This document shows positions 15,319 through 26,553 of a stretch of 64,000 nucleotides of DNA, one piece after another; positions within the stretch are counted from its first letter, which is position 1; the number at the start of each line of letters is the position of its first letter. The translations under genes and the position numbers were made by a program. Origin of the DNA: Candidatus Eiseniibacteriota bacterium (GTDB taxonomy: Bacteria; Eisenbacteria; RBG-16-71-46; CAIMUX01; VGJL01); assembly GCA_963792585.1 (NCBI GenBank), contig CAWBWI010000001.1, positions 448,001-512,000 of the forward strand. Reading direction: 5' to 3'. The notes beneath the pieces were generated by a model. That model searched no databases and had not been told where the DNA came from. It was given only the letters and a program-made list of their open reading frames with translations.

Positions 15319-16693
15319 AGCGCCGGAAGCCGACCGTCTCGGTCGTCACGCTCGGCTGCGCGAAGAACGTCGGCCGACACGGACCTGCTCGCCGGGCAGC
15401 TCCTCCGCGAGGGGATCGCATGATCGCGCCGGATCCTCCAGTGCGGATGCGATCGTCGTGAACACCTGCGCGTTCCTGCCGCGCCTCGCAGAGAGAGTCG
15501 ATCGACGTGATCCTCGAGATGGCGGAGATCAAGAAGCAGTTCCCCGGCCGACGCTCGTCGTCGTCGGGCTGCCTCGCGCAGCGCCACGGCAGCGGCACTG
15601 CTCGACGAGATCCCGGAGATCGACTGGCTCGTCGGACCCGGGGAGGTTCACTCCCTGGCGCCCCGGCTGCGGCGATCTGGATCGCAGGCGGTTCCGATGG
15701 GGAAGATCGTGTCCACCTCGGGGGTATGGACGCGTGTTGAAGAACGCTGGGACATCCGGGTCGTCTCCCGTTCGGCGCATAGCGCATATGTGAAGATCTC
15801 GGAAGGGTGCGACCGGACTTGCTCCTTCTGCGTGATCCCGCAGCTGCGGGGCCCGCACCGGAGCCGCACCCGCGAGTCGATCGTGCCGACGAGGTGAAGA
15901 TGCTCGCGCGTTCGGGCGTCCGCGAGGTCAATCTCGTCGCCCAGGAACTTACTGCCTACGGAACCGATATCTACGGACGGGCGGGGCTGGGGGATTTGCT
16001 CCGCGATCTCGATGCCGTCGATCAGCTGGTCTGGATCCGGCTTCTCTATGCCTATCCCTCGACCTGGACGCAGGGATCTGTTCGCCTGCCTCCGAGGATC
16101 TTCCTCGGCTCTGTCGTTACATCGACATGCCGATCCAGCACGTGTCGCCGCGGATCCTGCGCCTGATGCGGCGCCCGGGCGCCGTCCAGACCCGGCAGAT
16201 TCTCGAGCGACTGCGCAGGGAGATGCCGGAGGGGGCGGTACGGACGACGCTGATCGCAGGGTTTCCCGGAGAGACCGACGCGGAGTTCGAGGAACTGCTT
16301 GCTTGGGTCCGGGATTACGGTTTCGATCACCTGGGTGTCTTCGCTTTCAGTCCGGAGGAGGGCACCCATGCGGCCACCCTGCCCGGCCAGCTTCCCGCAG
16401 CGATACGTCGGGAGCGTCGGGATCGAATCATGGCCGCGCAGCGTGAAGTTTCGAAGATGAGGAATCGGGCGCAGATCGGCCGGCGCGTGAAGCTGCTGAT
16501 CGAGGCGGAGGATCCCCGAGGGGGATGGATCGCACGGCACGAAGGCCAGGCGCCCGAGGTGGATGGAAAAACCCGGTTCCGGGGCGACTCCGGCCACGCG
16601 ATCGGCGCCGGTGACTTCGTCGATGCCGAGGTGACGTCGGCGGGGGTATACGATCTGGTCGCGCGACCCTGGACCAAAGAGGAGGTCGAATGA
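15315..16693 (+). CDS. rimO: Ribosomal protein S12 methylthiotransferase (multiple frameshifts)
   Basis: [32 protein letters not shown] (radical SAM), [34 protein letters not shown] (TRAM). Confidence 0.92.
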
Positions 16694-17646
16694 TACGCAT
16701 GCCCTTGGCGCGTCTTGTTCTCGCCGCCGCATGCATCGGCGCGCTTGCCGCACCTGCCGCCAAGGCGGAGAGCGAGGGATTCCCCACGAATCTCGCCCTC
16801 CTCGACCGTCTCGCCGACGAGGCGGTGGATGCGGTCCTGGACAGCCTTGCTTTCCAGAAGGGTGACACGGTCACCGTGATGACCGAGGGAGGCAACGAGG
16901 GGGACGGCTTCATTGCGGGCGCGTTTGCGCGGGAGCTGGCGCGCCGTGGCGTGGCCGTTCACATGACGGTCGAGGTGATGCCGGTTCCGCCGGCCGGGAC
17001 CCTGCAGGGAAGCCTTACCGGTCGCCGGCAAGATGCCGGCGCGGACTCTGCGCCCGACTCCCTCGGAGGGACCCCGGACTCCAGCGCCACCGCCCCGGAT
17101 TCGCTCGAGACCACCGTGCCCCCCGACAGCGGCGCGGTCTCGACGCCGGCCGGATCCGCCACCGGATCCGTCCCCGGTTCCGTCTCCGGTTCCGTCTCCG
17201 GTTCCGTTTCCGAATCCGCCTCGGGATCCGCTCCGGAGTCCGCGTCCGCCGCACCACCGCCGAGACCGGGTCCCACTGTCGTCCGCAGGACTTACCCCAG
17301 CGGCCGCATCCTCGAGTTCCGTCTCCTGGAGTTCGGGGTCGGCTATCCCAATGTGAAGAGGCGATACCGGCTCTTCGGCTCCCCGACCGTCACCCGACTT
17401 GGCGGCATCTACGTGCAGGCGAGCCGGATCGTCGGGCCGGATGGTACGGTGGAAGCGATCGCAAGCGGACAGAGCCATGCCGAGGACCGGCTGTCGGCCA
17501 AGGCGCGACGCCTGGCCGAGGGGGCGAATTATCCGTTCACCAAGCCGGCGATCCCGGCCGCAAACTTCGGCCGCCTGGTGGAGCCGGTCGCGGTGGTCGG
17601 AATCGTCGCCAGCCTGGTCTACCTCTTCTACCAGAACCAGAACTGA
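16690..17646 (+). CDS. Exported protein with a Ser/Gly/Pro-rich insert and a C-terminal TM anchor
   Basis: Signal peptide (AAPAAKA), low-complexity middle, C-terminus LVEPVAVVGIVASLVYLFYQNQN; ATGA overlap with rimO. Confidence 0.75.
   Translation: MIRMPLARLVLAAACIGALAAPAAKAESEGFPTNLALLDRLADEAVDAVLDSLAFQKGDTVTVMTEGGNEGDGFIAGAFARELARRGVAVHMTVEVMPVPPAGTLQGSLTGRRQDAGADSAPDSLGGTPDSSATAPDSLETTVPPDSGAVSTPAGSATGSVPGSVSGSVSGSVSESASGSAPESASAAPPPRPGPTVVRRTYPSGRILEFRLLEFGVGYPNVKRRYRLFGSPTVTRLGGIYVQASRIVGPDGTVEAIASGQSHAEDRLSAKARRLAEGANYPFTKPAIPAANFGRLVEPVAVVGIVASLVYLFYQNQN
17150..17245 (+). repeat. Eight imperfect 12-bp tandem units (ccggWtccgtct-like) encoding GSAT-GSVP-GSVS-GSVS-GSVS-ESAS-GSAP-ESAS
   Basis: Read directly from the sequence; in-frame. 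Confidence 0.85.
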
Positions 17647-17654
17647 GGCGCCCG

Positions 17655-18455
17655 ATGGCTCGTTCCCTCTGGATCCTTCTCCTTCCAGCGCTCCTGATGC
17701 TCGGCTGCGGGGGATCGGCGCCGGGAATCCAGTCCCTGCCGGGAACGGAGGGAGATTTTCTCCAGGCGAAGCAGGCCTACGAGCAGGGCAACTACATCCG
17801 CGCCGTCGAACTGCTCACCGCGTTCCTCGACGCGCACCCCGGATCGAACCAGCTCGACGAGGTTCTCTATCTGCTTGGCGGCGCGCATCAGAAGACGGGC
17901 GACAACCTGCTCGCCGTGCAGGACTATGAACGCCTGATTCGCGATTTCCCGCAGAGTTCCTTCCGAGAGCAGGCGGAGTTCGAGCGGGCCGAAGCGAACT
18001 ACCGAGAGGCCCTCAAACCCTCGCTCGACCCGGAGGGAACCGAGACGGCGCTCAGTCTCTTTCGCGCCTACCTGATCCGCTACCCGTCGGGGACCCATGT
18101 CGAAGAGGCCCGGGCGGGAATCGAGGATTGTCTCGACCGGCTGGCCGTGAAGGCGCTGATGAACGCCGAGACCTATCGCAGGTTGGAACGCCCGAAGGCG
18201 GAGGTGATCTACCTCGAGAAGGCGTTGACGACCAAGCCGGAATTCACGCGGACCGGGGAAGCCCTCGCCGCCCTCGGCCGGGCATACAAGCGGATCGGGG
18301 AGCCCGACAAGGCTCGGGACAGCTGGCAGCGGCTGCTGGACTACGCGACCCCCGAACGGATCCGGACCGACCCGAAACTCTCGACCCTCCGGCAGGAGGC
18401 GGAGGGGGCCCTGCGCGACCTCCCCGCAACCGTCGGAGAGAACCCCTCCCACTGA
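17655..18455 (+). CDS. bamD: Outer membrane assembly lipoprotein BamD
   Basis: Lipobox LMLGC, TPR repeats, YERLIRDFPQS, LDPEGTETA, YLIRYPSG. Confidence 0.85.
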   Translation: MARSLWILLLPALLMLGCGGSAPGIQSLPGTEGDFLQAKQAYEQGNYIRAVELLTAFLDAHPGSNQLDEVLYLLGGAHQKTGDNLLAVQDYERLIRDFPQSSFREQAEFERAEANYREALKPSLDPEGTETALSLFRAYLIRYPSGTHVEEARAGIEDCLDRLAVKALMNAETYRRLERPKAEVIYLEKALTTKPEFTRTGEALAALGRAYKRIGEPDKARDSWQRLLDYATPERIRTDPKLSTLRQEAEGALRDLPATVGENPSH

Positions 18456-19039
18456 TGCGCGTCGGCTTCCTGGGCGGGAGCTTCGACCCGATCCACCTCG
18501 GCCACATATGGATCGCCCTCTTCTCGCGCGAGCAGCTCTCGCTCGATCGAGTCCTCATCGTCCCTGCGGCGTGTCCGCCCCACAAGGGGGCGACGGTCGC
18601 GCCCTATCGATTCCGGCTCGACATCGCACGACGCGCGGCGGCAGGGATGCCCGGCATCGAGGTCAACGACATGGAGGCGGACGCATCGCGCCCGTCCTAT
18701 ACGGTCGAGTCCCTGCGTGGCCTGCGTGCGAGCCTCCCGCCGGAGGATGAACTCTGGCTCCTTCTCGGAGGCGATTCCCTGGCCGACCTGCCCCTGTGGT
18801 ATCGGCCCGAGGCGATTCTCGAACTCGCCCAACTCGGCGTCTACGGACGGGAGGGACATCGGGCGCAGGCGCCCCCCGGCGCGCGTTGCGTGGAGGTCAC
18901 CGGGCCCGCCTGCGGTCTGTCATCGACCTTGATCCGCGAGCGTCTGCGTGAAGGTCGATCGGTCAGGGGACTGGTCCCCGAGACGATCGTCGATCGCCTG
19001 CATGTCCCGGGCCCGTACGGAAACGGCGTCCCGTCGTGA
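18455..19039 (+). CDS. nadD: Nicotinate-nucleotide adenylyltransferase
   Basis: GGSFDPIHLGH, PPHK, SYTVESL, GGDS, LSSTLIR. Confidence 0.93.
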   Translation: MRVGFLGGSFDPIHLGHIWIALFSREQLSLDRVLIVPAACPPHKGATVAPYRFRLDIARRAAAGMPGIEVNDMEADASRPSYTVESLRGLRASLPPEDELWLLLGGDSLADLPLWYRPEAILELAQLGVYGREGHRAQAPPGARCVEVTGPACGLSSTLIRERLREGRSVRGLVPETIVDRLHVPGPYGNGVPS

Positions 19040-21721
19040 AGGAGAAGATCTATCTCGTCGACGGCTCGGCCCTGGTCTTCCGAGCCCACTTCGCATTCCA
19101 ACGGAATCAACTCCTCACCACCGACGGTCAGAACGTGAGCGCGGTCTTCGGGTTCGCGAGCGCCTTGTTCTCCGTGCTCACGGCGGAGAAGGCGCGCTTC
19201 GTCGCGGTGGCCTTCGATACGGCGGCCCCAACCTTCCGTCACGAGCGGTTCGCGGCCTACAAGGCGAATCGGCCGCCCCTGCCCGAGGAGCTCGTCGCGC
19301 AGTTTCCCATCGTCCAGGATCTGGTGCGGACGTTGGGGATCGCCCTGCTGCAACAGGAGGGCGTGGAGGCGGACGATCTGATCGCCAGTCTCGCCTTGGC
19401 CGCCGTGGCGCGCGGGGACGAAGCGGTGATCGTCTCCGCGGACAAGGACTTCAACCAGCTCATCCGTCCGGGCATCTCCCAGTGGATCCCTCCTCGAGGC
19501 CGGGAACCGGCGGTGTTGCTGGGCCCGCAGGAGGTCGAGGAGCGGTGGGGCGTGCCCCCGGAACGCGTGCTCGACGTCCTCGCCCTCGTCGGCGACGCGG
19601 TCGACAACGTTCCCGGGGTGAAGGGGATCGGTGAGAAAACCGCGACGGAGCTGATCCGGACCTACGGAGATCTGGACAGCCTGTACGCGCATCTGGAGGC
19701 GATTCCAAAAGCCGCGGTCCGCGAGAAGCTCATCGCCGGGCGCGAGAGCGCGTATCTATCCCGGGAACTGATCCAGCTGCGGACCGACCTCGTTCCCGCG
19801 ACGAGTCTGGATCCCTACGCCGTTCCAGACTTCCGCGGCAGGCCGGGCCTGCTCGAGCTCCTGCAGCGTCTCGAGTTTCGACGATTGATCGAGTCTCTCG
19901 ATCTGAAGCCGGCCAGCCAATGGCAGGCGGCCTACGAGGCGATCTCGGATCCGGCGCGGCTGCGTGAGCTGCTCGCCACCCGTCCGGCGGGAAAGCCGAT
20001 CGCCATCGACACCGAGACGAACTCCCTCGATGCGCGACGCGCGAAGGCCGTGGGCCTGTCGTTCTCCTGGGAGCCGGGGCATGCGTACTACGTGCCCGTG
20101 GGGCACAACCAGGGCCCGAATCTGCCGGTCGACGCGCTGGCCGACACCATGGGTCCGATCCTGGCCGATCCGTCGATCGAGAAGATCGGCCAGAACATGA
20201 AATTCGATCTCCACGTCCTCCATGGACTCGGTCTGGCCGTTCGTGGGCCGCTCTTCGACACGCTGCATTGCGTCCTACCTGCTCGATCCCGACCGTCCGC
20301 ACGACCTCGACGCGCTGACCCTCGACCTGTTGGGCCATCGAAAGATCCCGACCAAGCAGTTGATCGGCAGCGGGAAACAGCAGACGACGATGGATCTTCT
20401 GGATCCCGGACAGGTTCGGGATTACGCCGCCGAGGATGCGGATGCCGTTGTGCGACTCCACGGGGTCCTTCTCGACGGCCTCCGCGAGCGCGGACAGGAG
20501 TCCCTGCTGCGGGACCTCGAGGCCCCCCTCATTCCGGTTCTCGTCGAGATGGAGCGGGCGGGCGTCCATGTGGATGCGGGACAGCTCGCCTCCTTCTCGC
20601 GTGAGCTGGAATCCGACATGGTGCGGCAGACCGAGGAGGTACACCGGCTCGCGGGGGCGCCGTTCAACATCAACTCACCGGCGCAACTCGGGGAGATTCT
20701 CTTCGAGCGGCTGAAATTGCCGCACGGCAAGAAGACCAAGACCGGTTACTCGACCGACTCCGAGGTGCTCGAGGACCTCGCCCTCGAGCAGCCGATCGCG
20801 CGCGCGGTCCTCGAGTACCGTCAGTCCATGAAGCTGCGATCCACCTACGTGGAGGCGCTTCCCCGGTTGATCGATCCGGCCACCGGCCGGATCCACGCGC
20901 AGTTCAACCAGACGGTCGCGGCGACGGGGCGGCTCTCCTCCAGCGATCCGAATCTACAGAATATCCCCGTGCGAACCCCGCAGGGTCGGCGGATCCGGCA
21001 GGCCTTCACGCCGCAGCGCCCGACGGATCTCCTCATCTCGGCGGATTATTCGCAGATCGAGCTGCGGATCCTCGCGCACCTCTCGGGTGATCAGCAACTC
21101 CTCGAGGCCTTCCGTTCGGGAGAGGACATCCACGCGGCGACGGCGGCGCGCATTTTCGATGTCCCGATCGACGCGGTCGACCCGCTGATGCGCTCCCGCG
21201 CGAAGACGGTCAACTTCGGCGTCCTCTACGGAATGGGACCGATGCGCCTCTCCCGCGAACTTTCCATCCCGCTGGCGGAAGCACGCCGCTTCATCGACCA
21301 GTATTTCGCGAAGATGCCCGCGGTGAAAGGTTACCTGGAAGGAAGCCTCGAAAAGGCGCGGCGGGATGGCTTCGTCTCGACCGTGCTGGGCCGCAGGCGC
21401 TATCTGCCGGGTCTGGGATCCGGGGACGCGCGGACGCGTAGCTCGGCGGAACGTGTGGCGGCGAACACGCCGATCCAGGGTTCCGCCGCCGACCTGATCA
21501 AGCGCGCGATGATCCGCCTCCGCGATCGGCTCACCCAGGAGCGTCTCGAAACGCGCCTGATCCTGCAGGTCCACGACGAACTGCTCCTCGAGGGACCGTC
21601 GGGGGAGCGGGAGCGGGTCGTCGATGCGCTGCGCAACTCGATGGAAGGCGCGATCGCCCTCGCGGTTCCCCTCAAGGTGGACGTCGGCTGGGGGGCGAAC
21701 TGGGACGAGGCGCACGGCTAG
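19036..21721 (+). CDS. polA: DNA polymerase I (one apparent frameshift near 20266)
   Basis: 5'-3' exonuclease LVDGS/EADD; 3'-5' exonuclease AIDTET; polymerase motifs TGRLSSSDPNLQNIP, ADYSQIELR, KTVNFG, QVHDEL. Confidence 0.97.
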
Positions 21722-21733
21722 CGGGGGAGGACG

Positions 21734-22330
21734 ATGAAAGCCGTCGGCGTGACCGGGCGCATCGGAAGCGGCAAGTCGACCCTCTGCAGGCTGCTCGCGG
21801 AGCGTCATGCCTGCACCGTAATCGACGCCGATCGGCTGGGTCACGCGGCTCTGCAGGACCCCGTGATTCGAGGGCGTGTCGTCGAACGCTTCGGGGAGAC
21901 GGTTCTCGACGCCCGGGGAGAGATCGATCGCGCGGCGGTCGCGCGTCGCGTATTCGACGACCCCGAAGCCCTCCGCGATCTCGAGGCGCTGACGCATCCG
22001 TGGATCGTGGGGCGGATCCTCGAGAGGCTGGCCGCCTTGCGGGGCGCGGATCCTGCTGCTATCGTGCTCGTCGACGCGGCCCTGCTCCTCCCGTGGATCG
22101 AGCGGCTGCCGCTCGATGGGGTCGTCTGGGTGCGCGCCTCGGACCAGGCGTCGATCGAACGACTCGAGCTTCGGGGAATCGGAGGGCAGGAGGCCCGCAG
22201 GCGCCTGGAGCGCCAGCGTCCGGAGGAGGACTTCCGCCGGCGCGCCACGGTGATCGTGGAGAACTCCGGCGGGCTCGAAGCGCTTGCCTGCGAAGCCGAC
22301 AGGCTCTGGGATTCGCTCTTGAATGGGTAG
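21734..22330 (+). CDS. coaE: Dephospho-CoA kinase
   Basis: GVTGRIGSGKST, IDAD, LEALTHP. Confidence 0.93.
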   Translation: MKAVGVTGRIGSGKSTLCRLLAERHACTVIDADRLGHAALQDPVIRGRVVERFGETVLDARGEIDRAAVARRVFDDPEALRDLEALTHPWIVGRILERLAALRGADPAAIVLVDAALLLPWIERLPLDGVVWVRASDQASIERLELRGIGGQEARRRLERQRPEEDFRRRATVIVENSGGLEALACEADRLWDSLLNG

Positions 22331-22344
22331 GAGGGTGTCCGTCG

Positions 22345-23467
22345 ATGGGTATCGATATCCGCCAGATTCTCGGGGAGAGCCGGGTGAAGCTCGATCAGCT
22401 TCGGAGTTTCCTTTGATCTGGAGGGAAAGCAACTCGAGATCGCACGCCTCGAACAGCTGATGAGCGAGCCGGGCTTCTGGGATCGCCCCGCCGAAGCCCG
22501 TGACCGAATCCAGAAACTCAAGGCGTCCAGGCATCAGTGCGTTCGATGGCAGGATCTGCGGCGGGCCACCGACGACCTCGGCGCGATGGTCGAACTCGTG
22601 GACGAGACGGGGGATCCCGAGGCGGAGACCGAGGCGACCCGCATTGCTCGAAAGCTCGAGCGGGACATGTCCGCGTTCGAGTTGACCTCGTTCTTCGCGA
22701 GCGAGCTCGACTCGCATGACGCCGTCGTCGCCATCCACCCCGGCGCAGGCGGAACGGAGAGTCAAGACTGGGCCGAGATGCTGTTGCGGATGTATCTCCG
22801 GTGGGCGGAGGAGAACGGCTTCAAGACCTCCCTGCTCGACTATCAGGAAGGGGAAGAGGCCGGCATCAAGGATGCCACGATCGAGATCCAGGGTGAGTAC
22901 GCGTACGGATACCTTCAGTCGGAGAGCGGCGTGCATCGTCTCGTGCGCATCTCCCCCTACGATGCTTCGAAGCGACGCCACACTTCGTTCGCCTCGATCT
23001 TCGTCCTGCCTCAGGTCGACGAGCTCACGGATGTCGAGATCCCGGACGAAGAGCTGAGGGTCGACACCTTCCGGGCGAGCGGGGCCGGCGGCCAACACGT
23101 CAACAAGACCGATTCGGCGGTGCGCATCACGCATCTCCCGACCGGGCTGGTCGTCCAGTCCCAGGCGGAACGCTCGCAGCATCGGAACCGGGACCACGCG
23201 ATGCGGATCCTGCGGGCCCGCATCTTCAACCATTACCTGGAGCAGGAACGGAAGAAGCTCGACCATCTCGAGGATGGGAAGCGGGATATCGCCTTCGGGA
23301 GCCAGATCCGTTCCTACGTATTCCACCCCTACAATCTGGTCAAGGATCACCGGACGGACACGGAAACCTCCGATGTGCAGGGCGTCATGAACGGTGACTT
23401 GAACCCGTTCATCGACGCTTGGCTCCGCACGCGCAACCGGCCCCTGACTCGGGGCGATCGGGGCTAG
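22345..23467 (+). CDS. prfB: Peptide chain release factor 2 with programmed +1 frameshift
   Basis: A 23-codon leader ends CTT-TGA at 22411-22416; the +1 frame reads DLEGKQLEI...MSEPGFWD; SPY (SPF-type) and GGQ motifs present. Confidence 0.96.
22402..22417 (+). other. prfB +1 ribosomal frameshift site
   Basis: CGGAGTTTC-CTT-TGA-T: internal SD-like GGAG upstream of CTT TGA. Confidence 0.9.
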
Positions 23468-23486
23468 CCCCGAGGATGACAAACAA

Positions 23487-23515
23487 TTGACACCCCCGAG
23501 GCGCTTGGTTAGCCT
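23487..23515 (+). promoter_or_regulatory. Putative sigma70 promoter for the envelope cluster
   Basis: TTGACA-N17-TAGCCT preceded by an A-rich stretch. Confidence 0.65.
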
Positions 23516-23603
23516 CCATTCGAGCACCCATGGTCGGGGTGCGATGCGGTCGTCTGCTCGGGGTTGGAGAAGGCCCGCCGCTGAGGGCCGGATGGGGAAG
23601 GGG

Positions 23604-24911
23604 ATGGGCAGAACGAGCTCTCCTAAGCTGTTGTATCCTATCGGAGTTGGAATCCTCTTAGCGACCGGACTGGTCGGACTGATCGGGTGTCAGAAAACCG
23701 ATGGTCTCCTCGACCCTGCCGGCGACGCAAGTTCCGTCCTGCATGCGGCCTATCGTTCGGAGGCCGCTTTCGAGGACAACCCAATCGTCCTCGACGGCCA
23801 GGCGATCGACACCGAGTGGGGCGGGGTCGGGACGGGTTCGACCTATATCAACGTCCGCGTTTCCGCGGACCAGGGGTCGGGGGTCGCCAAGCCGCCCGCG
23901 TACGTTGCGATGAAGGCCGTCTACACCGATCGGGACCTGTTCCTCTTGGTCCGATGGACCGACACCAACCCCGACGAAGCGAAGGATGCGATGTTCTATC
24001 GGGGCGAGACCCTCGATAGTCTCGGCGGCGGCTGCCAGCCATCCCTCGTCGACCCGGTCAACTGGATCCGGAACCCCGGCGGCAGCTTCGACGAGGATCG
24101 GGTCACCCTCGCCTTCGAAGCGGATTCCGCGGGCAACTCGATCGGTCCGTTCTCGCAGTACGGCTGCCTTACGGCCTGCCACGTGAACGAGCAGCCCGCA
24201 TTCGGCCGCGTGGGTTACGGGCGCCTGGAGGTCTGGCAGTGGCTGGCCTCCCGCACCAATCCCATCCGGGATCTGTACGACCGCCGCGAGAGCGCGGGCG
24301 ATCCGCTCCATGGAATCCCCGGTTACCTGGACGATCTCTACTCCGACATGACCGGGGGGCTTCAGGCGGATCCGGGAGCGGCCTGCTATCGCGCGAACTT
24401 CACTGCGGGCAGCGACGTTCCGACCTGGTTCTACCGCGAGGTGGATGACCCCTTCGCCCGGCCCCAGAATCCGGCGACCTGCTTCAACGAATTCGGAGAG
24501 AATCCGTGCAGGAAGAACAACGGCCTCGTTCTCACCAGCATCTGGAGGGAGAAGCCCGAGGTGCACGTGCCGGCCATCAGCGAGTGCGACACCATGAACT
24601 TCGCTCCTTTGCCCCTGGGCACGGAGCCCAGGACGTGGCGGCGCGGCGACCGGGTTCCAGGTTGGATCCTCACCTACCCCAACGGAAGCCGGGCCGACGT
24701 GCACGGGAAGGCGCAGTACGCCGAAGGAGTCTGGACGTTGGAGATCGGCCGCCGGCTCGACACCGGGGACCCGCTTCACGACGTGATCTTCCAACCGGCG
24801 TCGGGGCGCAAGTACGTCTTCACGCTCGCCGTCATGGACAACTCGGAGGCCGAACACCTGGGCTCGGAACCGCAGACCTTGACCTTTGACCCGAAGGGAG
24901 GGGTGCGGTGA
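23604..24911 (+). CDS. Lipoprotein of the ethylbenzene-dehydrogenase-related (EB_dh/DOMON-like) family with a CxxxCH motif
   Basis: Lipobox GLIGC; IVLDG, MKAVYTDRDLFLLVRWTD, DEDRV, GCLTACH, EVWQW, GVWTLEIGRRLDTG..D; start at 23592 or 23604. Confidence 0.72.
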   Translation: MGRTSSPKLLYPIGVGILLATGLVGLIGCQKTDGLLDPAGDASSVLHAAYRSEAAFEDNPIVLDGQAIDTEWGGVGTGSTYINVRVSADQGSGVAKPPAYVAMKAVYTDRDLFLLVRWTDTNPDEAKDAMFYRGETLDSLGGGCQPSLVDPVNWIRNPGGSFDEDRVTLAFEADSAGNSIGPFSQYGCLTACHVNEQPAFGRVGYGRLEVWQWLASRTNPIRDLYDRRESAGDPLHGIPGYLDDLYSDMTGGLQADPGAACYRANFTAGSDVPTWFYREVDDPFARPQNPATCFNEFGENPCRKNNGLVLTSIWREKPEVHVPAISECDTMNFAPLPLGTEPRTWRRGDRVPGWILTYPNGSRADVHGKAQYAEGVWTLEIGRRLDTGDPLHDVIFQPASGRKYVFTLAVMDNSEAEHLGSEPQTLTFDPKGGVR

Positions 24912-26387
24912 TGGCGCGCACAGCCCCGCTTGCGATCATCTGTGCGGGCCTTGCGCTCCGGCGCTTGTGCGATTCCGCCGGCAAATGGGCAGGCAATCGA
25001 TTGGCTCGCGGATCAGGGAGGGGTCGCGATCTCCCGGCAGCCCAGTTCGGCCCGGCTCGATGCGATGGGAGGCCTCGAGGTCTCCGTCGCGGACGAGGAC
25101 CGCGAACTGAATCTCCTCGACTACGGCCGCAACGTCTGCGGCTTCTTGACCGACAGCGACTACCGGCGGTGGGAGTTATGGCAGGCGACGAACCGGTCCG
25201 TGCGGGACATCCGCGACGCATCCGGCGCGAGGACGCGCACACGAACCGATCTCTCGGAGATCGGCGGGCGGATGGCCTGGCGCAACGAGGGCACTCGTGT
25301 GCTGGGGGCCGACTTCGTATTCGATGACCTGCGGAGTTCCCTCGAGCGCGGACCGAACACGAAGATCCGAGGGCCGATGTCGGGGATCTTCGCCGCGCAG
25401 AAGGTGAGTACGCTGACCGTCGGCGGATCCATCCACTTGATCAGCGACAACGAGGATCTCCGCTCCGAGAGCGTCTTCGCCATCCGGCACGAGAGCTCCG
25501 GAGTTCGGGGAGCGGGCGCGATCGCCCTCGATCTCGGCAGCCTCCTCCTCGGGGCCCAGATCGAATCGCAAAGCAACACGATCCGCGGGCTGTCTCGCGA
25601 CGAATCGCGGTTCCATGAGGACAAGCTGACCTGGAAGCGACCGTCGAAGGTCTATGATCTCTCCGCCTTCTGGACACCCACGGAGATGCTCACGGGAGCC
25701 GTGCATGCCCGAATCGTCCAACTGGACGGGCGCGAAGAGGTCAAGATCAGCTGGAGCGACCGGATGCCCGACAACCCCAGCCGCTCGAACTTCCTCGAAA
25801 GAACAGGGACCTTCAAGGAGACCAGGGACGGGACCGAAATCGGGACCCGCTGGGAGGCCGTCCCAATCGATCGGGTCCGGGTCGGCGCGCGCCTCGACCG
25901 GTCCAAGATCGACGACACGGTCATCGAGGGAAAGAACTACAAGGGAAGCCGGAGGGCGCAGGACACCAGCAACGAGCTCTTGATCGGGGGCGGGGGCGCG
26001 AGCTACGAGACCGCCGACGGCCGCTTCCGGCTCGGGGCGGAAGGCTGGTACACGACCCTGGATGCGAAGGCCAAGGGGATCGAGGAGGCCATCCAGACCA
26101 AGTCGCGCCAGATCGAGTTCCGCACCGGCGGAGAGTACTTCGTCCGGGACCGTTTCGCGCTGCGGGGCGGGTTCCAGAGGATCGCCTTCGACTCGGACCG
26201 GGATCAGCCCCGCACCCTCGAGGTCGGCAACGGATACACGCTGGGGGTCGGCTATGTCGCGCGCGGCGGCCTCTATCAGCTCGATGCCGCGATCCGTGTC
26301 TTGAACATGGATCCGGATTACTCCGGGTTCCCGAACCGCGAGGATGCACGGACCTCGATCACGCTCGGGGCCCGCTTCCTCCTATAG
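24911..26387 (+). CDS. Putative outer-membrane beta-barrel protein (frameshift near 24960 in the signal-peptide region)
   Basis: Signal peptide MARTAPLAIICAGLAL; SARLDAMGG N-terminal motif reminiscent of FadL/PorV-like barrels; amphipathic strands; C-terminus TSITLGARFLL. Confidence 0.68.
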
Positions 26388-26553
26388 GTTTGCCGATGAA
26401 TGCCCTCTATGCCCCTGCAACAGGTTGGGGTTTATGGCGATTGACCTTCGGGGTACCAGCGTGTCTACAGTCATGTCGGGGGTTGGCGGACCATTCTCCT
26501 CCCCGGTCGTCCTCTCTTGATCGGGGAGCCACGGAGAAAGGAGCGCTACGACC

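Noticed and set aside
17150..17245. CRISPR-like array
   Set aside because: Contiguous 12-bp coding repeats with no spacers and no cas genes
20954..23527. Long minus-strand ORFs (857 aa here; similar ones at 29323-31344, 12267-14399 and 6153-7754)
   Set aside because: Antisense shadows of well-supported genes in high-GC DNA
23487..23603. TTG start extending the EB_dh-like ORF
   Set aside because: The TTG is part of the TTGACA -35 box, and the signal peptide starts later
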